14,557 bases of DNA from Candidatus Hodarchaeota archaeon (GCA_016840035.1 JAEOTC010000286.1:1-14557); one strand, 5' to 3'; shown: positions 5,862 through 14,235, counted from the first letter of the stretch. Numbers and translations: made by a program. Notes: a model not told the origin generated them from the sequence alone.

Positions 5862-8381
5862 CTATATTGATTTTTTTCTAAATCCAGGTATTCTTCGTTT
5901 TCTTTTCTTGAATATCAATACTGAGAGAGTTGTTACAATTATAATTATGCTAAACCCATATGGAGGTTTAACAGTTGTCGAAACATACCCATTTATTATT
6001 CTAAATATCGCATCGGACGTATCTTCTGAAGTTAAACCTTGATTACAGTAAGCAATTACTTTAATTACATAATTACTTCCAGATACTATCGTACTACTAT
6101 TCCAAACTAAAGCTGTAAAGCTTATATTAGCCGCTAGTAATAGCCAGTTGGAATCTTGACTAGAGGAGATAAAAATATCATATGTAATTTGATGCATGTG
6201 TGAATCTACTGCTGCTATCCAAACAATTGTAACTTCACCATTAATTGTTTCTCCACCGTTTGGAAAAAGAATTTTTGGACTATATAACAAATGATGATAG
6301 GGTAGATTTTCATAAACAGGCTTCGATAAGGGATAAGGATCGTGATTATTCAGGTATAACTCATAGGGATTATCAATAAATCCATCATTATTAATATCAG
6401 GACTAATCCAATCACTCCAATAATTAAAGACAAAAATATTCTCTTTTGAATCTGAACTTATTTCTTCAACAGCTTGAGTATTCCAAAATGGCCTATGTCT
6501 TGGATTTCGGTTATTTTCGAATAAAGTGTTCCAAGAAATTATAAAATTCCTGGAATTATGAAGATATACTCCTGCTCCCTTATTAATGAGCAAAGTATTA
6601 TTAAAAATCAATCCATTTTTGACATCGTAGAAATATATTCCTAAATTCTCGTTATAGGAAATGAAATTGCTTGATATGTTTACTTGGTTTGAATTTTCAA
6701 TTAATATCCCTTCAAGATAGTTATACGATATATTATTATTATGGATAGTAATATTTTCACTCCCTAAAATGAGAATCCCATGTTGTGTATTATTTAATAT
6801 CACGTTATGCGAAATATCACAGTTTTGAGAACCGTAGATATAAATTCCAATCCAATTATCATTTCCAATGTTGCTACCGCTTATTACGATATTCGTACTG
6901 AAGGCAGTTAAAATTCCTCTTGAAACGTTGAATAAATCTTGATTAATTATTTTGATATCATTACAATTTACTAGAATGATTTGGCCTACACCCGTTGGGA
7001 CGATTTGTCCAGTTTTTTCTAGCCAATACAGAATTGGTTTTCCATTCACTGTATTATTTTTGATTTCAGAGAGAATATAATGTTCAGGTCGACTTCCCTC
7101 GATATTGATTCCACCCTTAATCAGAGTATTATCTAAAATAGAGGTACCAGTTGAATAGGAGAGCTGAACACCAAAATTACTTGTGATATAATTCTGAAGG
7201 ATCTTATTATTCGTCGAATGATCAATCTTAATACCAGAAGTAGAGGAATTAATAAAATTATTCGAAATAAAGTTCATATTAGACTCATCAGAAATCGCAA
7301 TCGAAATCTCACCACTAAAAAAAGTATTTTCAGAGACAAGATTTTCCGATGAATTGGTAAAAAAACAGTTAGAAAACGAATTTTTGATCAAGGAATTATT
7401 CCATGAACTTATGAGAATTATATTCTTGGAACTGGGATAATTAACTGTATTATTGGAGATTATTATATTATAAGAAAAAATGAGTGATATACTATTAGGT
7501 GTATCGAACTCTTGGTTTGTTAGATTTAACGAATTACAATTTACCAGAATTACTTGACTTATTCCATTTGGAATAGTTTCACTCGATGTATCCTGCATGA
7601 AGTAGATAGGTTTGCCATTTAATGAATTATTGATTACCTCAACCTGTTTATACGTTTCGAGTTTATTTCCAGTAATTTCCAGTGAATTATTGATGAGGAT
7701 ATTATCATTTATTCTATTATATGGAGAGTGGACGAGTTTTATTCCTTCCTTAGTCCTTTCATCGTTGTTGGCAATATTGTTTCCTGTTACAGTAATATAT
7801 TCAGAATTACCAAGATAAATTCCGTAATATTCATTATTTGAAATTCTGTTCACACATATCGAGATATTTTGGGAATCATGCAAATAGATCCCAATTCCTT
7901 CAGAATATGGTCCTACACGACTCATGTTACTAATTAAATTGTTATTTATCTCTCCATTGGCAACTTTATCCAGAAAAATTCCATTTTGCCCTGCTTCTGA
8001 TCCAATAAAAGTACAATTGATAATTTTAAAAGAAACGTTACAATGTGAGATTCTAATCCCAGAATAGGGATAAGGTGGTTTTGTGATATCATCAAAGACT
8101 AGATTGCTTATGATATACGGATTCCCTTCGGTTCCATCCCCAGTCCATCCTTCCTCCAAGGCTTTAGAATGAAAATCAGCATTACCTTCGATATTTATTG
8201 GAGAATGTCCAATATCATTAACTACTTCCTGTTTAGATATTTTAGTGACAAGAGGTAGGTTTTCCCAATGTGCTGAACTCTCTCCTCTCGAATTGTTTGT
8301 TAAGGAAAATGACGAGTAAGATATCAATATTAGAATAACATATATTGAGGAGAGGTGTTTTGACCTATTTATTTTTATCAT
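5862..8381 (-). CDS. Secreted, membrane-anchored right-handed parallel beta-helix (NosD/pectin-lyase-like) surface protein with C-terminal Ig/FN3-like domain
   Basis: Signal peptide; HSPINIEGN...GDGTEGNPYII cap; many GIxLxxSxNxxIxxNxIxxN repeats; two NGKPIxY...QxILVNC inserts; NYWSDW..DINNDG; ILFPNGGETING Ig-like domain; C-terminal YGF + TM + KKRKRR. Confidence 0.9.
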   Translation of the reverse strand: MIKINRSKHLSSIYVILILISYSSFSLTNNSRGESSAHWENLPLVTKISKQEVVNDIGHSPINIEGNADFHSKALEEGWTGDGTEGNPYIISNLVFDDITKPPYPYSGIRISHCNVSFKIINCTFIGSEAGQNGIFLDKVANGEINNNLISNMSRVGPYSEGIGIYLHDSQNISICVNRISNNEYYGIYLGNSEYITVTGNNIANNDERTKEGIKLVHSPYNRINDNILINNSLEITGNKLETYKQVEVINNSLNGKPIYFMQDTSSETIPNGISQVILVNCNSLNLTNQEFDTPNSISLIFSYNIIISNNTVNYPSSKNIILISSWNNSLIKNSFSNCFFTNSSENLVSENTFFSGEISIAISDESNMNFISNNFINSSTSGIKIDHSTNNKILQNYITSNFGVQLSYSTGTSILDNTLIKGGINIEGSRPEHYILSEIKNNTVNGKPILYWLEKTGQIVPTGVGQIILVNCNDIKIINQDLFNVSRGILTAFSTNIVISGSNIGNDNWIGIYIYGSQNCDISHNVILNNTQHGILILGSENITIHNNNISYNYLEGILIENSNQVNISSNFISYNENLGIYFYDVKNGLIFNNTLLINKGAGVYLHNSRNFIISWNTLFENNRNPRHRPFWNTQAVEEISSDSKENIFVFNYWSDWISPDINNDGFIDNPYELYLNNHDPYPLSKPVYENLPYHHLLYSPKILFPNGGETINGEVTIVWIAAVDSHMHQITYDIFISSSQDSNWLLLAANISFTALVWNSSTIVSGSNYVIKVIAYCNQGLTSEDTSDAIFRIINGYVSTTVKPPYGFSIIIIVTTLSVLIFKKRKRRIPGFRKKSI

Positions 8382-9657
8382 CTTTCTTGATTATTGATCT
8401 CCGTTTTACTCGTATAGCGAATATGACAAGGGAGAACAGACCTAATTCGATCGGAAATGATGGTATTCGGGGTTTCGGGCCGGGTGTACTAGTAGTAGTG
8501 GTTGTTGGGGTGGATGTTATCGTAGTTGTGGATGTCGTTGTATTTTCTTCAGTTGATTGATAATCATAAACCCAGGTTTCGTTTAAAGATGTAAAATCAT
8601 CGAAACATCCACCAAAAAGAATTATTCGATCTGACTCCTTATCGTAAACCATCCCAAACCTTCTTCTAGGGCTTAAGGTTGTGCTTACTATTTCATTTAT
8701 CCATGTATTCGTGTTAGCATTATAGACCCAAGTTTCTCCTTGATTTATAAGATTACTATTGGCTCCTCCAAATAAAATGGTGCGATCCGATTTTGAATCA
8801 TAAGCTAAACCATGATTAATTAATTCAGGAGGAGATGTAGAAGGATTTATATTTGTCCATGTATTATTATCATAATCGTATGTCCAAGTATCTCCAACTG
8901 CCACTGGAAACGGAGGAAGTGCTGTTGATCCTCCAAATAGAATAACCAGATCTGATTCTTCATCATATATCATTTTATGTCCCCAACGAGGTGAAGGTTG
9001 TACGGGTGGAGTCATATTAGTCCATTCGTTGGCATTGAAATCATAAGCCCATGTATCTGCATAGAGATTATCTCTACAAAACCCTCCAAAAAGAATAATT
9101 CGATCCGATCCCTTATCATACACTATATCTGCGAAACAACGTCCGATAGGTTGTGTCGAAGGATCCATAAATGTCCAAGAATTACTCTCAAAGTCAAATG
9201 ACCATGTTTCATTCCAACATATCCAATCCCACATACCTGTTTTTAATCCACTGAAGAGAATAATCCGATCTGATTCTTCATCATAAGCCATTGAATGCCC
9301 GTTGCGTTCGAGGGGGGTGTTTATAGACAATAAATTTGTCCATGTATTAGTATTATAATCATAAGACCACGTATCTTGATACTTTTCACGAGATAATATG
9401 CGGAGTCCACAACAAATAATAATTTTATCTGATTTTACATCATATACTGCCTCGAAATCAGCACGAGATGGTGGGGTGTTTGTTGGTGACATGTTCGACC
9501 ACGTATTTTCTTCTTTTGGGGATATTATAGCACTTTTACCAATTTTGGTTTCAACTGTCAAGATTAATACGATCATTATTAGACAAGATAATAATACCGG
9601 ATTTTTGATGATTTTTCTATAGGACAGATAAATTAGCGCCATCATTAATACTATCAA
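8365..9657 (-). CDS. Kelch-repeat six-bladed beta-propeller surface protein with Thr-rich stalk and PSF-type C-terminal anchor (paralog 1)
   Basis: Six repeats of PxxR....xYDxxSDRIILFGG...DTWxYDxxxNxW, N-terminal hydrophobic segment, TTTSTTTITSTPTTTTTST linker, RIPSF + TM + RVKRR. Exact start uncertain (TTG 9657 or the following ATGs). Confidence 0.9.
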   Translation of the reverse strand: MIVLMMALIYLSYRKIIKNPVLLSCLIMIVLILTVETKIGKSAIISPKEENTWSNMSPTNTPPSRADFEAVYDVKSDKIIICCGLRILSREKYQDTWSYDYNTNTWTNLLSINTPLERNGHSMAYDEESDRIILFSGLKTGMWDWICWNETWSFDFESNSWTFMDPSTQPIGRCFADIVYDKGSDRIILFGGFCRDNLYADTWAYDFNANEWTNMTPPVQPSPRWGHKMIYDEESDLVILFGGSTALPPFPVAVGDTWTYDYDNNTWTNINPSTSPPELINHGLAYDSKSDRTILFGGANSNLINQGETWVYNANTNTWINEIVSTTLSPRRRFGMVYDKESDRIILFGGCFDDFTSLNETWVYDYQSTEENTTTSTTTITSTPTTTTTSTPGPKPRIPSFPIELGLFSLVIFAIRVKRRSIIKKDDKNK

Positions 9658-9837
9658 AGATTTTGGTCTTATGATGGGGAAATTATCATTTATATTGTTA
9701 TTGACTTTTGAAAGAAAGGGGTGAATGGTGAGGATGAGAAATTCTGAATCCTGAGGAATTATTGTAATTGTGCTTTAGAGAATTCAACTGCAATCACCAT
9801 TCTCCGAAATTCATATTTTAAACGTCAAAACCTCCTC

Positions 9838-11082
9838 TTATTTTCTAAACGATTCCCTCCAACGTTTTCTCAGAATAGATATTGCGATAAAACCCGTTGC
9901 AATGATCAATAGTGTAAAGGAAGGCGTACTATCAGGTGTTGTTGTCGTGGTTGTACTAGTAGTTGTTGTTGTCGTGGTTGTACTGGTAGTTGTAGTTGTC
10001 GTAGTAGTTTCTTCAGCCAATTGATAATTGAGACTCCAAGTTTCGTTCAAAGGCATTCCAGCATGAAATCCTCCAAACAAGATAGTTCGATCTGATTGTT
10101 TATCATATGTCATCGCAAATCGTCTTCTTGGGCCTAAAGATGTACTTACTGTTTCATTCATCCAAATATTCGTATTGGAATTATAAACCCAAGTTTCTCC
10201 TTGGTTTATTAAACTACTATTGGCTCCTCCGTATAGAATGGTGCGATTCGATTTAGAATCATACGCTAAACCATAGTTTAGCAATGCTGGAGGAGATATC
10301 GAAGGAGTTACATTTACCCATGTATTTGTATCATAATCGTAGGTCCAGGTATCCCTAACTGCTACAGGAGGTGCAGGTAGTACTACTGATCCTCCAAATA
10401 GGATAACCCGATCCGATTCTTCATCATATATCATTTTGTGTCCCCAACGAGGTGAAGGTTGTACAAGAGGAGTCATATTGATCCATTCATTTGAATTGAA
10501 GTCATAAGCCCATGTGTCGGCATAGATAATGTCTCTACTAAACCCTCCAAAAAGGATAATTCGATCCGATCCCTTATCATATACCATACCAGCCCAAGTA
10601 CGTCCTATAGGTTGCGTCGCGGGACTCATATTGGTCCAAGTATTATCATTGTAATTATAGACCCAAGTATCATTCCAACATGTCCAGGTCCAAGGACCTG
10701 TCTCGGATCCACTAAAAAGGATCGTTCGATCTGATTCTTCATCATAAGCCATTAAATGCGCATTTCTTCCCTGTGGCATTGTAGGAGGTGACATATTTGT
10801 CCATGTATTACTATTATAATCATATACCCACGTATCGGTATAAAATCCAGGTAATTTTAATCCGCTGAATAGAATAAGTTTATCTGTTTTGATATCATAA
10901 GCAAAATCTGAATCTAAACGAGATCCCGGTATGACCGTAGGTTCCATATTAGTCCATTCATTAATTTCCCGTACGGTTAGAAGAGTAGAACGACCAGTTT
11001 GTACTACTACAATTGAATTGAAACCGAAGACTAACATAAGTACGAAAAGTATCTGAATTAATATTTTTTTACGTATTTTCAA
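9838..11082 (-). CDS. Kelch-repeat six-bladed beta-propeller surface protein with Thr-rich stalk and PSF-type C-terminal anchor (paralog 2)
   Basis: Signal peptide MKIRKKILIQILFVLMLVFGF, six kelch blades colinear with paralog 1, poly-Thr stalk, TPSF + TM + RKRWR. TTG start. Confidence 0.9.
   Translation of the reverse strand: MKIRKKILIQILFVLMLVFGFNSIVVVQTGRSTLLTVREINEWTNMEPTVIPGSRLDSDFAYDIKTDKLILFSGLKLPGFYTDTWVYDYNSNTWTNMSPPTMPQGRNAHLMAYDEESDRTILFSGSETGPWTWTCWNDTWVYNYNDNTWTNMSPATQPIGRTWAGMVYDKGSDRIILFGGFSRDIIYADTWAYDFNSNEWINMTPLVQPSPRWGHKMIYDEESDRVILFGGSVVLPAPPVAVRDTWTYDYDTNTWVNVTPSISPPALLNYGLAYDSKSNRTILYGGANSSLINQGETWVYNSNTNIWMNETVSTSLGPRRRFAMTYDKQSDRTILFGGFHAGMPLNETWSLNYQLAEETTTTTTTTSTTTTTTTTSTTTTTTPDSTPSFTLLIIATGFIAISILRKRWRESFRK
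9938..10009. repeat. 27-bp tandem repeat encoding the poly-Thr stalk
   Basis: GTTGTTGTCGTGGTTGTACTAGTAGTT (9938-9964) and GTTGTTGTCGTGGTTGTACTGGTAGTT (9965-9991) differ at one base. A degenerate partial third copy follows (9992-10009). Confidence 0.85.
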
Positions 11083-11109
11083 AGTTATTCATTCCTATTA
11101 TCAAATATC

Positions 11110-11129
11110 TGTTGTATAAATTAACAACA
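11110..11129 (-). promoter_or_regulatory. Putative TATA box of the surface-protein cluster embedded in an inverted repeat (candidate operator)
   Basis: The minus strand reads TGTTGT-TAATTTAT-ACAACA, with 6-bp perfect arms and an 8-bp spacer. It contains TTTATA (11120-11115) about 33 nt upstream of the TTG start at 11082. Confidence 0.5.
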
Positions 11130-11324
11130 CAAGGCTAATAGGTCATAGAAACAGCAGAAAAGGAAATGGTTTCAAGTAAATGTAACTACTTATAGATAGA
11201 TCCTTCCACTCAACGAAATAGAATCTTTCAAGAAATTGCATATTTTGGAAGTTCGAAGTAAGACACACAAATTATATATCAAATCTAAAGAATTTTTTTT
11301 CAATATAATCAGGTTGGTAGGATA

Positions 11325-12395
11325 TTGGAGATTAGTAAAGTCACGATTCCAGAAAATGAATTAAAGGAAAAATATACAGATGAGAAATTGTTGGAATTTG
11401 GAAAAACATTTACTGATCGTATGTTTAAGATAGAATTTATTAATGGAGAATGGAAAAAACCTCGAATCACTAAATATAGTCCTCTCACCCTAGAACCTTC
11501 TGCTATCGCTCTTCAATATGGACAATCGATTTTTGAAGGCCAAAAGGCATATCGGACAAAGGAAGGGAAGCTTAATCTATTTCGACCTGAAATGAACATT
11601 CAACGGTTTAATAAATCAGCAAAGCGGATGGCTATGCCTGAAGTCGATCCTGAAATATATATGGAAGGGTTAAAAACACTTTTAGATTTAGAGCGAGAGT
11701 GGACACCTAAAAATATAGGATCAGCCTTGTATATTCGGCCAACCATGATAGGAACTCAAGGAAGATTAGGGGTTGTGCCTTCCAATGAGTACTTGTTTTA
11801 TATAATTCTTGCACCAGTCGGACCATACTTTCCTGAAGGATTTAAACCAATTAAGATCTGGGTAAGTGAGAGATACATTAGAGCGGCTCCAGGTGGGACA
11901 GGATCTGCAAAAACAGCCGGAAATTATGGAGCTAGTCTCATGATTGGGCAAAAAGCCTTAAAAAAGGGGTATAATCAAGTTTTATGGCTTGATGCGATTC
12001 ACAAAAAATACGTTGAAGAAGTAGGTGCTATGAATATCTTTTTTGTTTATAATGATATTCTTTATACTGCCCCACTAGAAAGTGGAACAATTTTGCCAGG
12101 ATTAACAAGGGCAAGCGTAATTCAAATGGCTAATGACTTTGGATATACAGTTAAAGAGGAAGCACTATCGATGGAAGAGATAGTCATGGGAACTAAGGAT
12201 GGAACATTGCAAGAATGTTTTGGAGCTGGAACTGCAGCAAGTATTGCGCCTGTAGGATGTCTCCGCTATCAAGGAAAAGAACATATCATTAATGATTTTA
12301 AAACTGGGGGTATAACACAAAAAATCTATAGTAGTTTAATTGATATTCAATACGGGATCGTTGATGATCCCTATGGATGGATTGTTTCGGTTTAA
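11325..12395 (+). CDS. ilvE: Branched-chain amino acid aminotransferase (PLP fold type IV)
   Basis: FGKTFTDRM, LQYGQSIFEGQKAYR, LFRPEMN, LYIRP, RAAPGGTGSAKTAGNYGAS (PLP lysine), QVLWLD, EEVGAMNIFFV, ILPGLTRAS, ECFGAGTAASIAPVG. TTG start. Confidence 0.96.
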   Translation: MEISKVTIPENELKEKYTDEKLLEFGKTFTDRMFKIEFINGEWKKPRITKYSPLTLEPSAIALQYGQSIFEGQKAYRTKEGKLNLFRPEMNIQRFNKSAKRMAMPEVDPEIYMEGLKTLLDLEREWTPKNIGSALYIRPTMIGTQGRLGVVPSNEYLFYIILAPVGPYFPEGFKPIKIWVSERYIRAAPGGTGSAKTAGNYGASLMIGQKALKKGYNQVLWLDAIHKKYVEEVGAMNIFFVYNDILYTAPLESGTILPGLTRASVIQMANDFGYTVKEEALSMEEIVMGTKDGTLQECFGAGTAASIAPVGCLRYQGKEHIINDFKTGGITQKIYSSLIDIQYGIVDDPYGWIVSV

Positions 12396-12456
12396 TAATT
12401 TGAAATATTACTTCGAGTATCTACAATTAGTTATATTGTTAAAAAAGAGGGAACTG

Positions 12457-12570
12457 ATGGTGGATTGGGAAGTATATCTAAAAAAATTAATATAAATTAC
12501 GTTTGAAAAGGAAGGTTTAATTCTAGGTGGTTTAGCTAATATTCTACTCTTAGATAGACTCTCTCATTAG
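12457..12570 (+). pseudogene. Possible decayed gene remnant or small ORF (profilin-like fragments)
   Basis: GAGGG SD then ATG. Reads MVDWEVYLKKLI*ITFEKEGLILGGLANILLLDRLSH* with one internal TAA (12493-12495). The resemblance to profilin segments is by eye only. Confidence 0.2.
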
Positions 12571-12638
12571 ATACAGTTTTAATCCTTCACTATTAGTCTG
12601 TAATAAAAATATTTACATCGACTGAGGACTGCTGAAAA

Positions 12639-13805
12639 ATGAGAGAATATGAAATTTCACTAGGTATGCATAAGAAAGCTCATGACCCAGAATTAAATCC
12701 ATTTTTGATATTGGGGAAAGAAAAATTTCTGCTTGTCGTTCAATTAATTATAGTACCTATAATTATAACTAGCCTTACTGTATTCTTCGTGGTTTTCATT
12801 GACCCAGATATTAGTTTATTAGTTTTTGCTCTGGTTAGTGTAATATTTTTGTTGTTGGGAGTTATTGCAACCCAAAGCATTTATCGGAGAATGAGAAAAT
12901 TCCGGGTGACTGGGTCTGTGATTCAAGATCTGATTAGAATTCTTGAAATCTTCGGGTTACGAATACAATCAGCATTATTTCCTTTATTCTTTCTCATATT
13001 GATATTTTCTCTATTCAGTAATAATGCTGAGGAAGGATCAACACTCCCTATCAACGCGATTCTACAAATTTTAGGGTTAGTATTAGTATTTGTAGGGTTC
13101 CTCTTGATATTAAATTCTTTCTTAAATCATATTGACAGTTATAACCAGCGAGTAATGGCATTAGATGATCGTACTCCCGATGATAAAATTAGACAGGAAT
13201 TGAAAGATTGGGGGAAGAGATTAGGTTTTAATGATGTTAAAATACGATTAGCTGATCTTCCCCCTAACTATTTTGGAAAATTAGCAATAGGATCAAGGGT
13301 ACAAAATACTGTTTATCTAGCTTATTCCAAAATTGCTCATTTCCAGACGGATGGAGACAGCAGTATAATATACTGTGTCAGAGAGATGTGTTGGTTATCG
13401 TTAGAAAATCGCCCCAGATATTACCTCTATTATCTCCTACACAATACCCTATACACACTCTATCTTGCTTTTTTTGGTCTCGTTATCTATTCAGCAACTT
13501 CAGAGAATAATTTAATACAAGAATCATCACTTATTTTTTGTATCATTGTTGTAATTGTTTTAATGATAGCTGATTCGTTTATTAAGGCGTATATCAGCTC
13601 ATATGCACTTCTTCTTGAGTTAGAATCAGATGTTGAGGTAGTGAAAGTTTTAAGTTCCGAAGAACGACCTCCTGAAGAGATAAAACGCGCATTAAGGTTG
13701 ATCGAAAAGATCGATCCGCTTTCAACAGGGTATCCAGGATTTAAGTATCGCAGAAATGCACTCATGCCTAATTCTGAAAGAAAAACATATTGGGACAATC
13801 TATAA
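12639..13805 (+). CDS. Multi-pass membrane protein with a degenerate M48 (HtpX/Ste24)-like peptidase domain
   Basis: About 6 TM segments. IRQELKDWGKRLGFNDVKIRL...NYFGKLAIG...TVYL followed by IYCVREMCW (HExxH position), two TMs, LELESD (ExxAD position) and YPGFKYRRNAL (HP...R..L position). Confidence 0.7.
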   Translation: MREYEISLGMHKKAHDPELNPFLILGKEKFLLVVQLIIVPIIITSLTVFFVVFIDPDISLLVFALVSVIFLLLGVIATQSIYRRMRKFRVTGSVIQDLIRILEIFGLRIQSALFPLFFLILIFSLFSNNAEEGSTLPINAILQILGLVLVFVGFLLILNSFLNHIDSYNQRVMALDDRTPDDKIRQELKDWGKRLGFNDVKIRLADLPPNYFGKLAIGSRVQNTVYLAYSKIAHFQTDGDSSIIYCVREMCWLSLENRPRYYLYYLLHNTLYTLYLAFFGLVIYSATSENNLIQESSLIFCIIVVIVLMIADSFIKAYISSYALLLELESDVEVVKVLSSEERPPEEIKRALRLIEKIDPLSTGYPGFKYRRNALMPNSERKTYWDNL

Positions 13806-13818
13806 CATCAAAAGAGAA

Positions 13819-14235
13819 TTATTTATTCGGCTGATTGAGAATTTCATTGCACAATTTATCGGCTTTTCGAATCCACAAATTAGTTCTAGGGACATGAAGA
13901 AACTTAGTGGATGAAAAAGCTAAGGATTTCTTCTTCACTTTTTGGTATAGGACTTTTAGTTGAGGGTTTTTTACCTGATATTCTCCATTAAGTTGCTTTA
14001 TAACTAGTTCACTATCCGAATATATTGAGATGTCACCTTTAGTAAACTTTTTCGTGTTCTCCAACGCAATAATAATTGCTTGGTACTCTGCTTGATTGTT
14101 AGTACGTGTACCAAGGAATGAGCTGTCACTATGGATTAGAACTCCCTCCTGAACAAGAAGAAATGCCGCCGCAGCTAAACCTGGATTGCCTCTTGCTGCA
14201 CCATCAGTGAAAATTGAGAACGACTTATTTTCCAT
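13819..14235 (-). CDS. rnhA: Ribonuclease HI (archaeal/Rv2228c-like type)
   Basis: IFTDGAARGNPG, TNNQAEY, SDSELVIKQLNGEYQVK, HVPRTN...ADKLCN; the D-E-D-D catalytic residues are present. Confidence 0.95.
   Translation of the reverse strand: MENKSFSIFTDGAARGNPGLAAAAFLLVQEGVLIHSDSSFLGTRTNNQAEYQAIIIALENTKKFTKGDISIYSDSELVIKQLNGEYQVKNPQLKVLYQKVKKKSLAFSSTKFLHVPRTNLWIRKADKLCNEILNQPNK

Noticed and set aside
7612-9622. Four short plus-strand ORFs (7612, 8345, 8998, 9398), including a Val-rich TM-like one
   Set aside because: Antisense shadows; the poly-Val is simply the reverse complement of Thr codons.
9658-9837. Strong GAGGAGG right after the paralog 2 stop, suggesting a hidden small gene or a longer paralog 1
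   Set aside because: Following starts give only 5-13 codon ORFs, and the in-frame upstream extension of paralog 1 has no start codon before a TAA.
8560-10960. Kelch paralog similarity as a DGR template/variable repeat pair or CRISPR-like repeats
   Set aside because: No reverse transcriptase in the window, both copies are full coding genes, differences are not confined to adenines, and the periodicity is that of protein blades.
11766-11951. 61-aa minus-strand ORF
   Set aside because: Antisense within ilvE.
13487-13798. 103-aa minus-strand ORF
   Set aside because: Antisense to the M48-like gene with no motif support.
13819-14235. RNase H as part of a retroelement
   Set aside because: Stand-alone cellular RNase HI with no RT or integrase nearby.
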